Origin: Zygnema circumcarinatum SAG 698-1b
Taxonomy: Eukaryota > Plantae > Zygnematophyceae
Reading direction: 5' to 3'
Assembly: GCA_037447605.1 (NCBI GenBank)
Contig: CM074807.1
Span: 1,612,001 to 1,676,000, forward strand
Length of the DNA stretch: 64,000 bases
A program made the translations under genes and the position numbers. Below the pieces are notes generated by a model. That model was not told the origin of the DNA, searched no databases, and worked only from the letters and a program-made list of their open reading frames with translations. This document shows, one piece after another, positions 61,912 to 64,000 of this stretch (positions within the stretch are counted from its first letter, which is position 1; every line of letters begins with the position of its first letter).

Positions 61912-63848
61912 ATGGCTGCCTCCGCCCTGCGGCTGAGCAGCGCTCTCTGCTGCGCCCACGCTGCCCTCGCGCAGGCCTCAGCGACCCGCAAGGGGGGGCC
62001 TCTGCGCGCGTGGGAGGGAGGGTCCTTCTGGAGGGGCAGGAGGTCGGGAAGGGCTTCAGGGCTGCGGTTGCGGCAGCAGGGGACGGTTGCAGGCATGGTG
62101 CAGACGGCGTTGGAAGAGCTAGGGAAGGACGGGGCGTTTGTAAGGAAGGATTCTATTTTTCGTGATTTCATCACTGAGGACGGGTCCAGCGGGTTCCCTG
62201 CAGAGGCTGGAAGGTGAGCTGTGAGCTGTGCTGAGCAGCGCTGTGATTAGCAGGCTTGTTTGAGAAGTTTGGACATTAGCGTAGAGGGAATAGAAGATGG
62301 AATTTCTCTCGTTTTGAGAATGTAGGGTGATTATTTCTATCAAGAAAATAAAGCATTTTTCTTTTTTGTCTTGTGGACTTTTTTGGACTCCGTTCATGCC
62401 TTCTCTAGACCTGACCTGAGCTGCCAACATAGTAGCTGTCTGGAATGGGCGAGGAAGTGCCAGCTGTGCACGGAACTGATCGCTGAATTGTTGTAAGCAT
62501 GCAGATATCACCTTTACATAAGCTATGCTTGTCCTTGGGCCTCAAGGTGCTACGCTTTTCTTAAGCTGAAAGGCTTGGAGGATGTGATTGGTCTCACCGT
62601 AAGGTCCAAATCAGAATACTTCCAATTTTCGAATTCATTCTGCCTGTTGGTCTATACTGCTAAGAAGAATATTAACGCTGCCGGTTGCGTTTTCCTCCAC
62701 AATCACCCCAATCTATGATTTCCTTATTTCTGTAGGTGACTAAACCGAAATGGGAGAAGACCAAAGAAGGGGAGAATCATATGGGGTGGCCTATTGCCAG
62801 CTCTCCCGACGACGAAGCTGGAGCAACTGTTGACTCGGTTAACCATGCAAAGACTGTGCGCGAACTCTATGAGTTGACAGATTCCAACACCACCAAGTTT
62901 TCAGTACCGGTAGGTTGTAAATTTCTTGAACATAGTCCGTAGTTGTATATAAATGTTAAAGGACACCTTCCTCATGTTGGTTTTTTGCTAGAGCTTTTTT
63001 CATGACCCTCGTACGTCCTAGTCAACATATTTTACTTTGTGGTTACAATTTGGCGGGTTTGCATCTGCTTTCGTTCTTGCACAGGCATTTTTTTGTGGGC
63101 GATTGTAAAACAGTTGCTTTATGTTTCTCACCAAGCTAGCGACACTTCTCCTTCCTAGTCTTCCGAAGGTTTCACAGAAATGTATGGCAGGGCTTTTCCC
63201 CTTGGCAGACTCCAATAACATTGATAGGTGATATTCAACTCTCTTCTGAATTGCTAGTAAAACTGTCTTTCTGTTGTTCCTGGTTAGGTGCTGTGGGACA
63301 AAGTGAAGAAAACCATTGTGAATAACGAAAGCAAGGAAATTACCCGCATGTTCAACGACCAGTTCAACAAATTCGCGAAGAATCCCACTTTGGACCTTTA
63401 TCCCAAGGAGCTTCGGGATAACATTGACGAGGTGAACGAATGGGTTTATGACAAGATCAATAATGGAGTTTACAAGTGTGGCTTTGCAACCAAGCAAGCG
63501 CCCTATGAGACGGTAGGTTGCAATCCCTTCCATATGTTACTGCAGTGAAAGCTTCTCTGAAGCGTTACTATTAACTAAACCGCCTGTGACGGAAGGCTAC
63601 CTTGTTGTTTAGATTCTCCAAAGCTAGCAGTCACCAGCTATAGGCTTGATTTCGACTTCAAGACCTGCCTCGTTTCACCTTCGTGATTGATTTTGATCAC
63701 TTGGGTATGAGGATTGCAGGCATTTCACGAGCTTTTTGATGCTCTCGACAGGTGTGAAGAGATTTTGTCAAAACAAAGATATATTGCGGGCCATATTCTA
63801 ACAGAGGCAGACATTCGATTGTTTGTCACTTTGATTCGCTTTGACGAG
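61912..63848 (+). CDS. Glutathionyl-hydroquinone reductase (omega/xi-like GST, CPWA active site), plastid-type presequence; 3' end beyond the window
   Basis: Exons 61912-62213, 62505-62598, 62736-62909, 63288-63512 and 63720-63848. [48 protein letters not shown] and [16 protein letters not shown]. An alternative ATG lies at 61888. Confidence 0.95.
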
Positions 63849-64000
63849 GTGAGACCAGCCCTCCCACTATTGCAATGCTGTCTGTCCCCAAATCAGATTG
63901 ACTTCCCGTATGTTTCATCATGATCAAAGTTCCATCAAGGTATCTTTGCTTCTGCTGGGCTGCTGCTGCATCGAGAGTTCAATAGCTTGACTTGCTGATT

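Overview
This is eukaryotic nuclear DNA from a gene-dense, intron-rich green-lineage genome. It is most likely a streptophyte (a charophyte alga or a non-seed plant). Evidence: GT-AG introns, plant-type tRNA-Arg(CCT), a TTTAGGG telo-box, land-plant-like exon structures and a nucleus-encoded plastid-type RF3. The species cannot be determined. By hand-splicing I find about 19 protein genes: UGT80-type sterol glucosyltransferase (3' part), a 97-aa orphan ORF, TMEM62-like metallophosphoesterase, prfC/RF3, a rho-like GST, HSP110, UVSSA, an unknown tandem-homeodomain protein, an MRL7/RCB-NCP-like thioredoxin-fold protein, THO3/TEX1, NSE1, a DUF1992 protein, a bacterial-type hemolysin-III/PAQR, PUR3, an AT4G38225-like protein, a degenerate HAD, an orphan histidine-kinase H-box exon, and GHR/omega-like GST (cut by the window end). 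There is also one tRNA, several purine/pyrimidine simple repeats and cis-element clusters. Most short ORFs in the track are shadow ORFs. There is no CRISPR array, rRNA or intact transposon. The most interesting items are the double-homeodomain gene, the rho-like GST, the intronless bacterial-type hemolysin III, the isolated HisKA exon and the pseudo-HAD. All family assignments come from motif recognition by eye, not from database searches. Exon coordinates were counted by hand and may be off by a few bases.
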